64,000 nucleotides of DNA, from the NCBI GenBank assembly GCA_001915925.1, contig MNRL01000019.1, positions 12,448 to 76,447 of the forward strand, written 5' to 3'. Position numbers and translations under genes: made by a program. The stretch is from Clostridium sp. CAG:354_28_25. Its GTDB lineage: Bacteria > Bacillota > Clostridia > TANB77 > CAG-508. The notes beneath the pieces are model-generated. The model had not been told where the DNA came from and ran no database searches. It worked only from the letters and a program-made list of their open reading frames with translations. Positions 1 through 11,472 of this stretch are shown piece after piece. Positions within the stretch are counted from its first letter, which is position 1; each line of letters opens with the position of its first letter.

Positions 1-20
1 TAGGATTTGCAATATTTTAG

Positions 21-82
21 CAATAGGGATTAGAGGGACGTTCTTAAAATCCCGGTTTTACCGGGATTTTAAGAATAGTCCT
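21..82. repeat. Composite head-to-head copy of the GGGATTT/GGGGACGTTC/AAATCCC palindromic repeat family (AGGGATTAGAGGGACGTTCTTAAAATCCCGG + TTTTA + CCGGGATTTTAAGAATAGTCC); perfect 15-bp inverted repeat at 41-55/61-75
   Basis: Direct reading; matches the unit seen at 27268, 43631, 45028 and elsewhere. Confidence 0.7.
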
Positions 83-181
83 TTTTTAGTGCAAACATGC
101 AAAAGACTGGAGAAGACTTAGCAATTACTTTACTTATAAGCAAATAAATGGTATACTTTTAAGCGATAAAAGGAGAAAAAA

Positions 182-1171
182 ATGAAAGATATAATAATAT
201 TAGGAATAGAATCAAGTTGTGATGAAACATCTGTAGCAGTTGTAAAAAATGGTAGAGAAGTTTTATCAAATGTAATAAATACACAAATAAGTATTCACGA
301 ATTATATGGAGGAGTTGTGCCAGAAATTGCATCCAGAAATCATGTAGAGAATATTTCACCTGTAATGAAAGAAGCACTAAAAGAAGCAAACGTAAAAATC
401 GATGATGTAGATGGAATCGCATGTACATATGGACCAGGCTTAGTAGGAGCACTACTAGTAGGAGTGTCTTATGCAAAAGCATTAAGTTATGCAGCTAATA
501 AACCACTTATTGGTGTAAATCATATCCAAGGGCATATTGCAGCAAACTATATAACATATAAAGACTTAGAACCACCATTTTTAACATTACTAATATCAGG
601 AGGAAATACACAACTTGTTTTAGTAAAAGATTATACAAAATTTGAAATATTAGGAAAAACTAGAGATGATGCAGTAGGAGAAGCTTTTGATAAAATAGCA
701 AGGGTTATAGGCTTAGGATATCCTGGTGGACCTAAAATGGATAAACTAGCACAAGAAGGAACTCCAAATATAGTTTTACCTAAAGTTCATATAGATGGTT
801 TAGATTTTAGCTTTAGTGGATTGAAAACAGCAATCATTAATTTACATCATAAAACACCTGATATAAACAAAGCAGACTTAGCAGCAAGCTTCGAAAAAGA
901 TGTTGCTGAAATCTTGTTAGAAAATACAAAAAAAGCTGTAAAGGAGACAAATATAAATAAAATAGCATTAGCAGGAGGTGTTTCTGCCAATAGCTATATT
1001 AGAAAAGCATTTAAAGAATTAGAAGAGAAAGAAGATATAAAAGTATATTATCCAGAACTTAAATTGTGTACAGACAATGCAGCAATGATAGCATCAGCTG
1101 GATATTATAATTTCTTAAAAGGTAACTTCTCAGATTTAAAATTAAATGCTGTACCAAATTTAAAATTATAA
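182..1171 (+). CDS. tsaD: tRNA N6-adenosine threonylcarbamoyltransferase TsaD (Kae1/YgjD family)
   Basis: 329 aa, [31 protein letters not shown] motifs; RBS AAAGGAG upstream; extended -10 TGGTATACT at ~149-157. Confidence 0.9.
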   Translation: MKDIIILGIESSCDETSVAVVKNGREVLSNVINTQISIHELYGGVVPEIASRNHVENISPVMKEALKEANVKIDDVDGIACTYGPGLVGALLVGVSYAKALSYAANKPLIGVNHIQGHIAANYITYKDLEPPFLTLLISGGNTQLVLVKDYTKFEILGKTRDDAVGEAFDKIARVIGLGYPGGPKMDKLAQEGTPNIVLPKVHIDGLDFSFSGLKTAIINLHHKTPDINKADLAASFEKDVAEILLENTKKAVKETNINKIALAGGVSANSYIRKAFKELEEKEDIKVYYPELKLCTDNAAMIASAGYYNFLKGNFSDLKLNAVPNLKL

Positions 1172-1192
1172 TAATTAGAAAGAGGATGAAAA

Positions 1193-1882
1193 ATGTCAAT
1201 CTATGCAATTTCGGACTTGCATTTATCATTTAATGCAGATAAACCAATGGATATATTTGGGTGGCAAGATTATGAAAATAAGATAAAAGAAGATTGGGAA
1301 AGTAAAGTAAAAGAAGATGATTTAGTAATTTTAGGTGGAGATTTTTCTTGGTCAATGCAACTTCAGGATACATTCAAAGATTTTGAATTTATTCATAATT
1401 TGCCTGGAAAAAAACTATTACTAAAAGGTAACCACGATTATTGGTGGGGAACTTTAACAAGTATGAGAAAATATATAAATAGTATTGGTTTTACAGATAT
1501 AGATTTTATATATAATAATAGCTATGAATTTGAAGATAAAATAATTTGTGGAACTAGAGGATGGAATTTTAGTGGTATTCAAGAAGAAGACGAAAAGATA
1601 TACAATAGGGAAAAACAAAGGCTAAAATTATCTTTAGAAGATGGTGTAAACAGATTTGGAAAAGATAAAGATATTATAGCGTGCTTACATTATCCACCAT
1701 TAAAGATAGACGAAATCTCAGATTTTGTAAGAATAATGGAAGAATATAATGTAAAGAAATGTATTTATGGACATTTACATGGTCCTGCGCATAAATTTGT
1801 AGTAGAAAAAAATCTTGATGGAATAGAATATATTATGACAAGTTGTGATTATACAAATTTTAAATTGCTAAAAATTTATTAA
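1193..1882 (+). CDS. Calcineurin-like metallophosphoesterase
   Basis: ISDLHLS...GGDF...GNHDYW motifs. Confidence 0.7.
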   Translation: MSIYAISDLHLSFNADKPMDIFGWQDYENKIKEDWESKVKEDDLVILGGDFSWSMQLQDTFKDFEFIHNLPGKKLLLKGNHDYWWGTLTSMRKYINSIGFTDIDFIYNNSYEFEDKIICGTRGWNFSGIQEEDEKIYNREKQRLKLSLEDGVNRFGKDKDIIACLHYPPLKIDEISDFVRIMEEYNVKKCIYGHLHGPAHKFVVEKNLDGIEYIMTSCDYTNFKLLKIY

Positions 1883-1899
1883 TTGTAGGAGGAAGAGGA

Positions 1900-2304
1900 A
1901 TGAAAACATTAAAAGCTGGAACAGTATTAATAAATTTACAAAATCAAGAAATATGTTTGGTATATAATAAAAATGACAAGAGTTATGCATTCCCAAAAGG
2001 ACATTTGGAAAATGGTGAAACGTTAAAAGAGTGTGCAATAAGAGAAACAGAAGAAGAAACTGGCCACACATGTTCAATAATTAACGAAAAAGAAATTGGA
2101 ATTTTAAAATATATAACTCCTGCTGGGGAAAATGTGGAGCTTCACTTATATCTAGCAAAAGATACAGGACTAGTTACTAGAAAAATTAATCCTAAAGATA
2201 AGGAAGAAGCGCTATGGGTGGATATAGAAAAAGTCGAAGAAAAAATATTATATCAAGATTTAAATAGATTATGGTTAGACATGAAAAATAAAATAACTAA
2301 GTAA
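1900..2304 (+). CDS. NUDIX hydrolase
   Basis: Nudix box GHLENGETLKECAIRETEEETG; RBS GGAGGAAGAGG. Confidence 0.8.
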   Translation: MKTLKAGTVLINLQNQEICLVYNKNDKSYAFPKGHLENGETLKECAIRETEEETGHTCSIINEKEIGILKYITPAGENVELHLYLAKDTGLVTRKINPKDKEEALWVDIEKVEEKILYQDLNRLWLDMKNKITK

Positions 2305-2342
2305 TATTTGTAAAATTATTGTAATATTTCTGCTCAAATGAC

Positions 2343-2370
2343 TTGCAATATGCATAATTTGTGATATAAT
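2343..2370 (+). promoter_or_regulatory. Sigma-A-type promoter for tig (TTGCAA -35 at 2343-2348, TATAAT -10 at 2365-2370)
   Basis: Hexamers read from sequence, 16-bp spacer. Confidence 0.45.
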
Positions 2371-2424
2371 ATGAAAGCACGAAAAAAACTATAAGTATTA
2401 AAAATGCGAAAGGGTTGAAAATAA

Positions 2425-3708
2425 ATGAGTATAAAAGTAGAAAAAACAGATAACAAAAATGAATTAAAATTAGAATTTACAGTAGCAGCTGAAAAATTTG
2501 AAGATGCAATGAAGAAAGTGTATTTCCAAACAGCTAAATATTTTAATATACCAGGATTCAGAAAAGGTAAAGCACCAATGAAGATAGTAGAAAAATATTA
2601 TGGAGAAAGTATTTTCTACGAAGATGCTTTTAACGAAATATTAAAAGAAGAATATGATAAAGAATTAAAAGAAAATGATATAACAGCTGTAAGTTATCCA
2701 GAATTCGATATAAAACAAATGGAAAAAGGAAAAGACTTAATATTTACAGCTACAGTTCAAGTAAAACCAGAAGTTAAATTAGGAAAATATAAAGGTATAG
2801 AACTTAAAAAAGTAGAGTATACTGTAAAAGATGAAGATATAGACCACGAATTAGGACATATGCAAGAAAGAAATTCTAGAATTGTTACAGTAGAAGATAA
2901 ACCAGTAGAAAAAGGAAATATTGCTGTAATAGATTTTGAAGGATTTGTAGACGAAAAAGCATTCGAAGGTGGAAAAGCAGAAGGTTATGAACTAGAAATA
3001 GGAAGTAATACATTTATTCCAGGATTTGAAGATCAAATAGTAGGAATGAAAGCTGGAGAAGAAAAAGACGTTAAAGTTAAATTCCCAGATGAATATTTCT
3101 CTAAAGATTTAGCTGGAAAAGATGCTACATTTAAAGTAAAAGTAAATGAAATAAAGAAAAAAGAATTACCAGAATTAGATGATGAATTTGCTAAAGATGT
3201 TAGCGAATTTGATACATTAAAAGAATTAAAGGCAAGTATAAAAGAAAAATTAGAAAAAGAAAATGAAGAAAAAGTAAAATACGAAACACAAGATGCTGCA
3301 GTAAAAGCTGTTTGTGATAATACAGAAATTGATATTCCATCAGGAATGATAGATTCTGAAATAGATAACATGGTAAATGATATGAAATCTAGATTACAAT
3401 ATCAAGGTTTAACATTAGAAAATTACTTAAAAATGGTAGGAAAAACAGAACAAGAATTCAGAAAAGATTATGAAGAACAAGCTAAAGAAGCTGTTAAATC
3501 AAGATTAGTAATCGAAGCAATAGTAAAAGCAGAAAAAATCGAAGCAGACGAAAAAGATGTAAATGCAAAAATTGAAGAAATGGCTAAAAACTATGGTAGA
3601 GAAGCAAAAGACTTAGAAGAAAACGAAGCATTAAAGAATTACATAAAAGGAAGTCTAGAAACAGAAAAAGCAATAGAATTTGTAGTAAAAAATGCGAAAA
3701 TAAAATAA
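2425..3708 (+). CDS. tig: Trigger factor
   Basis: 427 aa; N-terminal ribosome-binding GFRKGKAP motif; upstream of clpP-clpX. Confidence 0.95.
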   Translation: MSIKVEKTDNKNELKLEFTVAAEKFEDAMKKVYFQTAKYFNIPGFRKGKAPMKIVEKYYGESIFYEDAFNEILKEEYDKELKENDITAVSYPEFDIKQMEKGKDLIFTATVQVKPEVKLGKYKGIELKKVEYTVKDEDIDHELGHMQERNSRIVTVEDKPVEKGNIAVIDFEGFVDEKAFEGGKAEGYELEIGSNTFIPGFEDQIVGMKAGEEKDVKVKFPDEYFSKDLAGKDATFKVKVNEIKKKELPELDDEFAKDVSEFDTLKELKASIKEKLEKENEEKVKYETQDAAVKAVCDNTEIDIPSGMIDSEIDNMVNDMKSRLQYQGLTLENYLKMVGKTEQEFRKDYEEQAKEAVKSRLVIEAIVKAEKIEADEKDVNAKIEEMAKNYGREAKDLEENEALKNYIKGSLETEKAIEFVVKNAKIK

Positions 3709-3718
3709 AGTAATAAAA

Positions 3719-3755
3719 GGAGTTTAATATTTTAAGTATTAAACTCCTAAATTAT
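3719..3755 (+). terminator. Hairpin after tig (11-bp perfect stem GGAGTTTAATA/TATTAAACTCC)
   Basis: Inverted repeat 3719-3729/3737-3747; weak U tract. Confidence 0.5.
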
Positions 3756-3877
3756 TCAGTGTGAAATTAGCTACAGCTGTAAGGAAATAAGATTTGAATT
3801 ATAATTTAATAAAAAAATTTGCATTTATAATAAATATGATATAAAATAATGTAAGTTTTCAAAGGAGGAGTTTTAAT

Positions 3878-4495
3878 ATGGATAAAAAAGAATTAAATAG
3901 TTTAGTACCATATGTAATAGAACAAACAAGTAGAGGAGAAAGATCATATGATATTTTCTCTAGACTATTAAAAGATAGAATTATATTTTTAGGAGAACAA
4001 GTAGATAGTTCATCTGCAAGTGTTGTAATAGCACAATTGCTATTCTTAGAATCAGAAGATCCAGAAAAAGAAATACATTTATACATAAATAGCCCAGGAG
4101 GTTCTATAACTGACGGAATGGCTATTGTAGATACAATGAATTATATTTCTTGTCCTGTTTCTACTATTTGTGTTGGATTAGCTGCAAGTTTTGGTGCAGT
4201 ATTATTAGCAAATGGTGAAAAAGGAAAAAGATTTGCAACACCAAATTCAGAAATATTAATTCACCAACCATTAATAGGTGGTCAAGGTGGAGGTATTTCT
4301 GGTCAAGCAACAGAAATAAAAATATACTCAGATCATATGATGAAAACAAGAGAAAAATTAAATAAATTATTAAGTGAAAAAACAGGTCAACCAATAGAAG
4401 TTATTAATAGAGATACAGAAAGAGACAATTATATGACAGCTGAGGAAGCATTAAAATATGGTCTTATAGATGGAATTATGGACAAAAGAAGATAA
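3878..4495 (+). CDS. clpP: ATP-dependent Clp protease proteolytic subunit
   Basis: 205 aa; catalytic Ser/His/Asp context ([15 protein letters not shown]); promoter TTGCAT-17-TAAAAT at ~3819-3852. Confidence 0.95.
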   Translation: MDKKELNSLVPYVIEQTSRGERSYDIFSRLLKDRIIFLGEQVDSSSASVVIAQLLFLESEDPEKEIHLYINSPGGSITDGMAIVDTMNYISCPVSTICVGLAASFGAVLLANGEKGKRFATPNSEILIHQPLIGGQGGGISGQATEIKIYSDHMMKTREKLNKLLSEKTGQPIEVINRDTERDNYMTAEEALKYGLIDGIMDKRR

Positions 4496-4538
4496 AGGAA
4501 GTTGCTAAAGATAACATAAAAAGAAGGAGCGCTTTATT

Positions 4539-5858
4539 ATGCAAAAAAATGATAATAATAAAAATATTAGATGCTCATTTTGTGGTAAAACACAAGATAG
4601 TGTAGATAAAATAGTAGCAGGACCAGGAGTATATATTTGTAATGAATGTATACAAGTATGCTCAAATATTATAGAAAATGAATATTATGAAGATGATGAA
4701 GATTTATATACAACTGTAGAAGAAGATGTTGTACCTACACCAGAAGAAATAAAAAAAGTTTTAGATGAATATGTAATAGGTCAAGAAGACGCTAAAAAAA
4801 CGTTATCTGTAGCTGTATATAATCATTATAAAAGAATAAACAATGAAGACGAAAAAAATAATAAAGATGATGTAGAAATAAAGAAAAGCAATATTCTATT
4901 ATTGGGGCCAACTGGTTCTGGAAAAACATTACTTGCACAAACTTTAGCTAAAATATTAAATGTTCCTTTTGCAATAGCCGATGCAACAACTTTAACTGAG
5001 GCTGGTTATGTAGGAGAAGATGTCGAGAATATTTTACTAAAATTAATTCAAGCAGCAGATTATGATATAGAAAAAGCCGAAAGAGGAATTATCTATATAG
5101 ACGAAATAGATAAAATCTCAAGAAAGTCAGAAAACCCATCTATAACAAGGGATGTAAGTGGAGAAGGAGTTCAACAAGCCCTATTAAAAATAGTTGAAGG
5201 TACAACAGCATCTGTTCCACCACAAGGTGGTAGAAAGCATCCACATCAAGAACTAATACAAATAAATACAGAAAATATTTTATTTATCTGTGGTGGTGCG
5301 TTCGAAGGGTTAGAAAAAATTATAGACCAAAGAACTGGTAAAAAAGCCATAGGATTTGGTGCAGAAAAGAAAGAAATTGTTAAAAAGAATAGAACAGAGG
5401 TATTTAAAGAACTATTACCACAAGATTTATTAAAATTTGGATTAATCCCAGAATTTGTAGGAAGATTACCAATTGTAAGTACACTAGAAGAATTAGATAA
5501 AGATGCATTAGTTAATATATTAACTAAACCAAAAAATTCTTTAGTAAAACAATACAAAAAACTATTAGCTATGGATGGAGTAGAACTAGAATTTGAACCA
5601 GAAGCAGTAGAGGCAATAGTAGATAAAGCAATAGAAAGAAAAACTGGGGCTAGAGGTTTACGTTCTATTATAGAAGAGATTATGAGAGATATTATGTTTG
5701 ATATTCCATCTAATCCAAAGATAGAAAAATGTATTGTAACAAAAGAGACCGTAATAGGTTTAGCAAAGCCAGAAATAATAATAAATGAAAATAAAGAACC
5801 TAAAAGACAAGTCGTTAAAAGAAGAAAAATTCAGCCAAATGAAATAGAAACTGCTTAA
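4539..5858 (+). CDS. clpX: ATP-dependent Clp protease ATP-binding subunit ClpX
   Basis: N-terminal C4 zinc finger CSFCGK..CNEC; Walker A GPTGSGKT. Confidence 0.95.
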   Translation: MQKNDNNKNIRCSFCGKTQDSVDKIVAGPGVYICNECIQVCSNIIENEYYEDDEDLYTTVEEDVVPTPEEIKKVLDEYVIGQEDAKKTLSVAVYNHYKRINNEDEKNNKDDVEIKKSNILLLGPTGSGKTLLAQTLAKILNVPFAIADATTLTEAGYVGEDVENILLKLIQAADYDIEKAERGIIYIDEIDKISRKSENPSITRDVSGEGVQQALLKIVEGTTASVPPQGGRKHPHQELIQINTENILFICGGAFEGLEKIIDQRTGKKAIGFGAEKKEIVKKNRTEVFKELLPQDLLKFGLIPEFVGRLPIVSTLEELDKDALVNILTKPKNSLVKQYKKLLAMDGVELEFEPEAVEAIVDKAIERKTGARGLRSIIEEIMRDIMFDIPSNPKIEKCIVTKETVIGLAKPEIIINENKEPKRQVVKRRKIQPNEIETA

Positions 5859-5874
5859 AAATAAAAAATAAAAA

Positions 5875-5927
5875 TAGAAGGAGTAGTATTAATAGATTAT
5901 ATGCTAAAAATCCTTCTATTTTTTTCG
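5875..5927 (+). terminator. Rho-independent terminator after clpX (TAGAAGGA...TCCTTCTA + T7)
   Basis: Inverted repeat followed by TTTTTTT. Confidence 0.5.
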
Positions 5928-6001
5928 TGTATAAGTTGAAAAAAAGATTAAGTTGTGATATATATAGTTTTACAAATAATAGGTGAAAAAGAGAAAAGAA
6001 A

Positions 6002-7033
6002 ATGAAGAATATAAAAGATTATAATTTAGACGAACTAAAAAAAGAATTTCAAGAATTAGGAGAAAAACCATATAGAGCAGAACAAGTTTTTATGTGGCTA
6101 TATAAAGAAAAAGTAAAAGAATTTGATGATATGACGAATATATCAAAAGAGCTAAGACAAAAATTACAAGAAAATTATACAATGTGTAATTATAAGATAG
6201 CAAAAAAATTAGTTTCAAAAGATGGAACTAAAAAATATTTATTTGATATATTAGACGGGAATATGATAGAAACAGTTTTAATGGAATACCACCATGGTAA
6301 AACATTATGTGTTTCATCACAAATTGGTTGCAAAATGGGGTGTAAATTCTGTGCATCAACAGGAATTCCATTTGTTAGAAGTTTAAGTAGTGGAGAGATT
6401 GTAGAACAAATCTTAGCAGTAGAGCAAGAAGAAAATACAAAGATATCAAATATTGTTTTTATGGGAATTGGTGAACCATTCGATAATTTTGATAATGTAA
6501 TAAATGCTATTGGAATTTTAAATAATCCAAAGGGATTAAATATAGGTGCAAGACATATAAGTATTTCTACTAGTGGAATTGTACCTAAAATTTATGAGTT
6601 GGCAGACAAAAAAATACAATGTACATTATCAATATCATTACATGCAACAAATGACGATAAAAGATCTGCTATGATGCCAGTTAACAATGCATATCCAATT
6701 AAAGAATTAATGAAGGCATGTAAATATTATATAGAAAAAACAAATAAAAGAATTTCTTTTGAATATGCTTTAGCAAAGGATAATAACGATAATTTGGAAG
6801 ATGCTAAAGAATTAGTAAAATTATTACATGGAATGCTTGCACATGTAAATTTAATACCAATTAATAAAATAGAAAATGGGAAATTTGTAAAATCTACAGA
6901 TAATAATATAATTAGATTTAGAGATTATTTAAATGCACATGGAATTGTAGCAACAATAAGAAGAGAGTTAGGTTCAGACATAGAAGCTGCATGTGGACAA
7001 TTAAGAAGGAAGACGATAGAAGAAAAACGTTAG
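6002..7033 (+). CDS. rlmN: 23S rRNA (adenine2503-C2)-methyltransferase RlmN (radical SAM)
   Basis: CVSSQIGCKMGCKFCAST radical-SAM cysteine motif; conserved rlmN-stp-prkC order. Confidence 0.9.
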   Translation: MKNIKDYNLDELKKEFQELGEKPYRAEQVFMWLYKEKVKEFDDMTNISKELRQKLQENYTMCNYKIAKKLVSKDGTKKYLFDILDGNMIETVLMEYHHGKTLCVSSQIGCKMGCKFCASTGIPFVRSLSSGEIVEQILAVEQEENTKISNIVFMGIGEPFDNFDNVINAIGILNNPKGLNIGARHISISTSGIVPKIYELADKKIQCTLSISLHATNDDKRSAMMPVNNAYPIKELMKACKYYIEKTNKRISFEYALAKDNNDNLEDAKELVKLLHGMLAHVNLIPINKIENGKFVKSTDNNIIRFRDYLNAHGIVATIRRELGSDIEAACGQLRRKTIEEKR

Positions 7034-7043
7034 AGGTGATAAA

Positions 7044-7775
7044 ATGAAATGTTTTGCTAAAACCGATTTAGGTAAAGCAAGAGAATTAAATGAAGATTCA
7101 TATTATATTCCAGCAGAAGAAAATGAATTAAGAATATATATGTTGGCAGATGGAATGGGAGGATATAATGGAGGAGAAATTGCAAGTAAACTTGCAATAG
7201 ATTCTGCGAGGAAATATCTAACCAATAATTTTAATACGATACCACATGATAGAATAAATATTGAAGAACTAGTAAGAAGTAGTATGGAATATGCGAATAT
7301 GGTAGTATTCGAAAAATCAAAAGAAGTACAAGAATTAGAAGGAATGGGTACAACTTTGGAATTAGTTTTAGGCTATGGGAATAAAATATATATAGGTCAT
7401 GTTGGAGACAGCAGAATATACAGAGTAAGAAAAAACATTATAAGAAAATTAACAACAGACCATAGTTATGTTGAAAAATTAGTAAAAGAAGGAACAATAA
7501 CAAGGGAAGAAGCAGAAAATCATCCTAAAAAGAATATGCTTATGAAAGCTTTAGGATGTACTCCTTATGTAGAGCCAGATGTAACAACTAAAGGTTTTCT
7601 TAAAGGAGATAAACTTGTCTTAACATCAGATGGGTTAACAAATATGGTATCAAACCAAGAAATATACGATATAGTAACAAATGATGTAGAAAATGCTACT
7701 ACGAAGTTGGTCGAATTAGCAAACAATAGAGGAGGATATGATAACATAACGGTTGTTATTGTATATAATGATTAA
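7044..7775 (+). CDS. stp: PP2C-family Ser/Thr protein phosphatase (Stp/PrpC)
   Basis: ADGMGG..GTT..DGLT PP2C motifs; partner of prkC. Confidence 0.9.
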   Translation: MKCFAKTDLGKARELNEDSYYIPAEENELRIYMLADGMGGYNGGEIASKLAIDSARKYLTNNFNTIPHDRINIEELVRSSMEYANMVVFEKSKEVQELEGMGTTLELVLGYGNKIYIGHVGDSRIYRVRKNIIRKLTTDHSYVEKLVKEGTITREEAENHPKKNMLMKALGCTPYVEPDVTTKGFLKGDKLVLTSDGLTNMVSNQEIYDIVTNDVENATTKLVELANNRGGYDNITVVIVYND

Positions 7776-7789
7776 GGAGAGATGGAAGA

Positions 7790-9775
7790 ATGGACCTAGA
7801 GGGGAAAATATTAGGTAACAGATACGAGATAATAGAGAAAATAGGCAATGGTGGAATGGCAACGGTTTATAAAAGTAAGGACCGTGTTTTGAATAGATAT
7901 GTAGCAGTAAAAATATTAAGGGATGAATTTACTACAGATGAAGAGTTTATAAAGAGATTTAGAATAGAAGCACAATCAGCGGCGAGCCTTACACATCCAA
8001 ACATTGTATCTATATTTGATGTAGGTAATGAGGGAAGTTTATATTATATCGTAATGGAATTAATTAAGGGTAAAACATTAAAAGAGATAATTACAGAGGA
8101 AAACGGACCTTTACCTTGGAAATGGTCTTTAAATGTAGTAACTCAAATTGCATCAGCATTAGAGACCGCCCATAAAAATAATATTGTTCATAGAGATATA
8201 AAGCCACATAATATTATAATAACAGAGGATGGAATAGCAAAAGTTACAGATTTTGGAATAGCAAAAGCAGTCTCAAATTCTACAATTACAGCTTTTGGAA
8301 CAACAATAGGTTCTGTACATTATTTTTCACCAGAGCATGCAAGAGGAGGATATACAGATGCAAAATCTGACCTATATTCTTTAGGTGTTGTAATGTATGA
8401 AATGTTAACTGGTAGAGTTCCTTTTGATGCAGATACACCTGTATCTGTAGCATTAAAACATATGCAAGAAGACCCGATTGAGCCAAAAGAGTTAAATGAT
8501 AATATTCCTCAAGTCGTAAATGATATTATAATGAAAGCAATGCAAAAGGATGTAAATTTAAGATATCAATCTGCAACAGAAATGCTAAAAGATTTGAATG
8601 CGGCCTTAAAAAATCCAGATGATAATTTTGTACATATTGGAAGTAACATAGGAGCTGCGACACAAAGAATTTCTACTCAAGAAATAGCAGAAGCAGAAAG
8701 AAAAGCAAAAGAAGCTAATAATCCTAATAATGGGAAGAAACCAAATAAGTTTATAGAATTTGTAAAAAAACATAAAGCATTATCTTTTGTAATAGGAGCA
8801 ATTATATTATTCTTCGTTGCATTTGGTGCTACAATGGGAATAGTAGAATTAGTAAATCCAAATGATGTTCAGATTCCTGATTTAGTAAATAAAACTCAAG
8901 ATGAGGCAGAACAAATTGTAAAAGACTTAAAACTAAAGCTAGTTGTAAAATCAGAAGAATATAATGAGAATGTTGAAGAAGGGAAGATAATATCTCAAGA
9001 CCCTACGTACCAAGAGAATTATACAATAAAGGAACATAGTGAAATTTCTGTAGTTATAAGTAAAGGTACAGAAACAGTAGAAGTTCCAGATGTTGTTGGT
9101 AAAACAAGAGAAGAAGCAGAAAAACTATTAAAAGACGCTGGACTAGTAGCAGAGATAACCGAAGAAAATGACGAAAAGGTAGAAGCTGGAATCGTATTAA
9201 GTCAAGATATAGAAGATGGCGAAACTGTTAATAAAGGAAGTACTGTAAAATTAGTTGTAAGTAAAGGTAGTGCAATCGTAAATGTAGAAGTTCCAAGTCT
9301 TGTAGGAAAAACTGAACAAGAAGCAAGAAATTTATTAACAGAAGCTGGGTTAAAAGTTAACGTAGTTAATGATGAAGATGAATCTAAAAATGATGGAGTT
9401 GTATTAAGACAGAGTAAAGATGCTGGTACAGAAGTACAAGAAGGAACTACAATTACAATTACAGTTAATAAGGTTTCAGAAGCCAAAGAAGCAACATTTA
9501 CAATTGATGTAGAAGCAATTACAGGTGGATATGAAGAAGAAACAGGAAATAGTACAAGTGGAAACACAGCAAAAACAGTTGATATAACAATTACAGTAGG
9601 TGGAAGCGAAGCTTTCCAACAATCTAATGTAGATAAAAAGACTACTATAACAGCAAGAGTTAGTGGAAAAGGTTCAAAAGAAGTTGTTGTAACATTAACA
9701 AACTCAAGAGGAGAAAGCTATAGAAGATCTACAACATTTAATTTTAATAATGCAACGACATATACATTTAATTAA
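7790..9775 (+). CDS. prkC: Ser/Thr protein kinase PrkC with TM segment and three PASTA repeats plus C-terminal domain
   Basis: Kinase motifs HRDIKPHNI, DFGIA; repeated PASTA-like VPDVVGKT/VPSLVGKT blocks. Confidence 0.95.
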   Translation: MDLEGKILGNRYEIIEKIGNGGMATVYKSKDRVLNRYVAVKILRDEFTTDEEFIKRFRIEAQSAASLTHPNIVSIFDVGNEGSLYYIVMELIKGKTLKEIITEENGPLPWKWSLNVVTQIASALETAHKNNIVHRDIKPHNIIITEDGIAKVTDFGIAKAVSNSTITAFGTTIGSVHYFSPEHARGGYTDAKSDLYSLGVVMYEMLTGRVPFDADTPVSVALKHMQEDPIEPKELNDNIPQVVNDIIMKAMQKDVNLRYQSATEMLKDLNAALKNPDDNFVHIGSNIGAATQRISTQEIAEAERKAKEANNPNNGKKPNKFIEFVKKHKALSFVIGAIILFFVAFGATMGIVELVNPNDVQIPDLVNKTQDEAEQIVKDLKLKLVVKSEEYNENVEEGKIISQDPTYQENYTIKEHSEISVVISKGTETVEVPDVVGKTREEAEKLLKDAGLVAEITEENDEKVEAGIVLSQDIEDGETVNKGSTVKLVVSKGSAIVNVEVPSLVGKTEQEARNLLTEAGLKVNVVNDEDESKNDGVVLRQSKDAGTEVQEGTTITITVNKVSEAKEATFTIDVEAITGGYEEETGNSTSGNTAKTVDITITVGGSEAFQQSNVDKKTTITARVSGKGSKEVVVTLTNSRGESYRRSTTFNFNNATTYTFN

Positions 9776-9776
9776 A

Positions 9777-9808
9777 AAAGATAAAGCAATTAGCTTTATC
9801 TTTTTTAT
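9777..9808 (+). terminator. Rho-independent terminator after prkC (AAAGATAAAGC/GCTTTATCTTT + T-run)
   Basis: 11-bp perfect stem then TTTTTT. Confidence 0.8.
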
Positions 9809-9924
9809 ATATAGTAAATGCAATAAAATTTGAAATTAACATAAAAATATGATAGAATAGATAAGAAAAATTTGGTATTAACCACTTGCAAACAAACCAA
9901 TAAATAATTTTAGGAGGTAGAAGT

Positions 9925-10605
9925 ATGTATATTGCAGAGGCTCGGGCGTATAATGATGGGATAGAGTTTTATCCTAATAATGGAAAAGTAATTTTTGCTA
10001 AACGATGTAATGGAAAAGTTGTAGTAGAAAGCAGAACCAGTTCTTATATAGAAAAACAAGAAGACATTTTCAAATTTAAAATACTTTTACTACTTTTTTT
10101 TGCAGTAAATGTTGTGATTTTTAGTATAATTGGAAAATTAAAAATTCCGAATATAGAAGTCATATTAGTAGCTTTTTTTGTTTGGGAGGTAGTTCTGTTC
10201 TTTTATATAGAAAAAAACAAAAATAAGAACAATACCCAGTCATTTAAATATCATGCAGCGGAACATAAAGTTTTAAACTATGTAGATAAATATGGGAAGA
10301 ATGCTGTATTAGATGTAGAAAAAGTTATGAATATGAGTTCAATTTCATTTCGGTGTGGTTCAACTGTTCTTACGGTAGGACTTATATTTGCTACATTATT
10401 TCTTGTAGGTAAAGCATTTATTCCTTGGCTGATTTTAAAAATAGTATGGCTTGTGATTTCGGGATATATTGCTTTAAAATTATGGGCAAATGGAAAATGT
10501 GATTTTTTGCAAAAATTAGTGGTGCTACAACCAACATATGAAGAGGTTGAAGTAGCAGTGGAAGGAATGAAAGAATATTTAAGATTACAGCAAAGCGAAG
10601 ATTAA
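9925..10605 (+). CDS. DUF1385 (YqhQ-like) membrane protein
   Basis: KYHAAEHKV signature of DUF1385; hydrophobic segments. Confidence 0.6.
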   Translation: MYIAEARAYNDGIEFYPNNGKVIFAKRCNGKVVVESRTSSYIEKQEDIFKFKILLLLFFAVNVVIFSIIGKLKIPNIEVILVAFFVWEVVLFFYIEKNKNKNNTQSFKYHAAEHKVLNYVDKYGKNAVLDVEKVMNMSSISFRCGSTVLTVGLIFATLFLVGKAFIPWLILKIVWLVISGYIALKLWANGKCDFLQKLVVLQPTYEEVEVAVEGMKEYLRLQQSED

Positions 10606-10725
10606 CCGACAATTTGTGATTACAAGACAAAGGAGCAGTGTGAATCTGCTCCTTTGTCGTATATAATATTGATAAATTATTTTATTTTTGATAATATAAA
10701 ACAGATTAATTAGAAGGTGATAAAT

Positions 10726-11463
10726 ATGGAAAATGAATATAAAAGGAAATTTTTTATAGGCTATTCAAATTGTGACAGAAAAGTAAATTTAAGTGTGTTA
10801 AATTCGTTATACCTAATACAAGATATGATGACAGAGTATTTTGGATTTCTAAAAAGTGATAATATAATTTTAAAGAGCGAAAATAATGCAATATGGGTAC
10901 TAGCCAAAACAAAAGTGCACTTTAATAAATATCCAAAATGGAGAGATTTAATTGAAGGAACTGTTTTTACCACAGGAATAAAGCCAATTCGTGTAGAAAC
11001 CGAAGCACAATTTAAAGATAAAGATAATAATGTATTGTTTTATGCAAATCAAGAAACTTGTGTTATAGATTTAACAGATAGAAAAATAAGAAAAATTAAT
11101 ACAGTTAATTATCCAACAGGTGTTCAAATAAAAGAAGGTATAAACAAAGAAAAATATTTAAGATTAAACACAGAATTTACTGAAGCTGATAAAGTATATG
11201 AACAGAAAATACATTCAACAGATATAGATTTTAGTTACCATACAAATAATGTATCATATGTTAAATATATTCTGAATTCATTAAATTCAGATTTTATAGA
11301 TAGTCATAAGATAACAGACTTTGAGATACATTATATAAATGAAAGCAAAGAGGGACAAAAGTTATCTATTTATAAAAAAATAAAAGATAATGAAATAGAG
11401 TTTCTTATAAAAGAAGAAAACAGAGAAATAGCAAGAGCTAATTTAAAATATATAAAAGAATAG
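10726..11463 (+). CDS. Acyl-ACP thioesterase
   Basis: Tandem hotdog organisation typical of PF01643; start moved to ATG 10726 downstream of AGGTGA RBS (the ORF-track GTG at 10717 overlaps the RBS). Confidence 0.6.
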   Translation: MENEYKRKFFIGYSNCDRKVNLSVLNSLYLIQDMMTEYFGFLKSDNIILKSENNAIWVLAKTKVHFNKYPKWRDLIEGTVFTTGIKPIRVETEAQFKDKDNNVLFYANQETCVIDLTDRKIRKINTVNYPTGVQIKEGINKEKYLRLNTEFTEADKVYEQKIHSTDIDFSYHTNNVSYVKYILNSLNSDFIDSHKITDFEIHYINESKEGQKLSIYKKIKDNEIEFLIKEENREIARANLKYIKE

Positions 11464-11472
11464 GAGAATATT

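Noticed and set aside
159-482. Antisense ORFs inside well-supported genes (for example 159..482-, 3033..3371-, 5246..5557-, 9202..9567-, 14267..14470+, 47652..48254-, 49684..50202-)
   Set aside because: They are low-complexity Leu/Phe/Ser-rich translations of the AT-rich opposite strand of clearly conserved genes, with no RBS. Treated as spurious.
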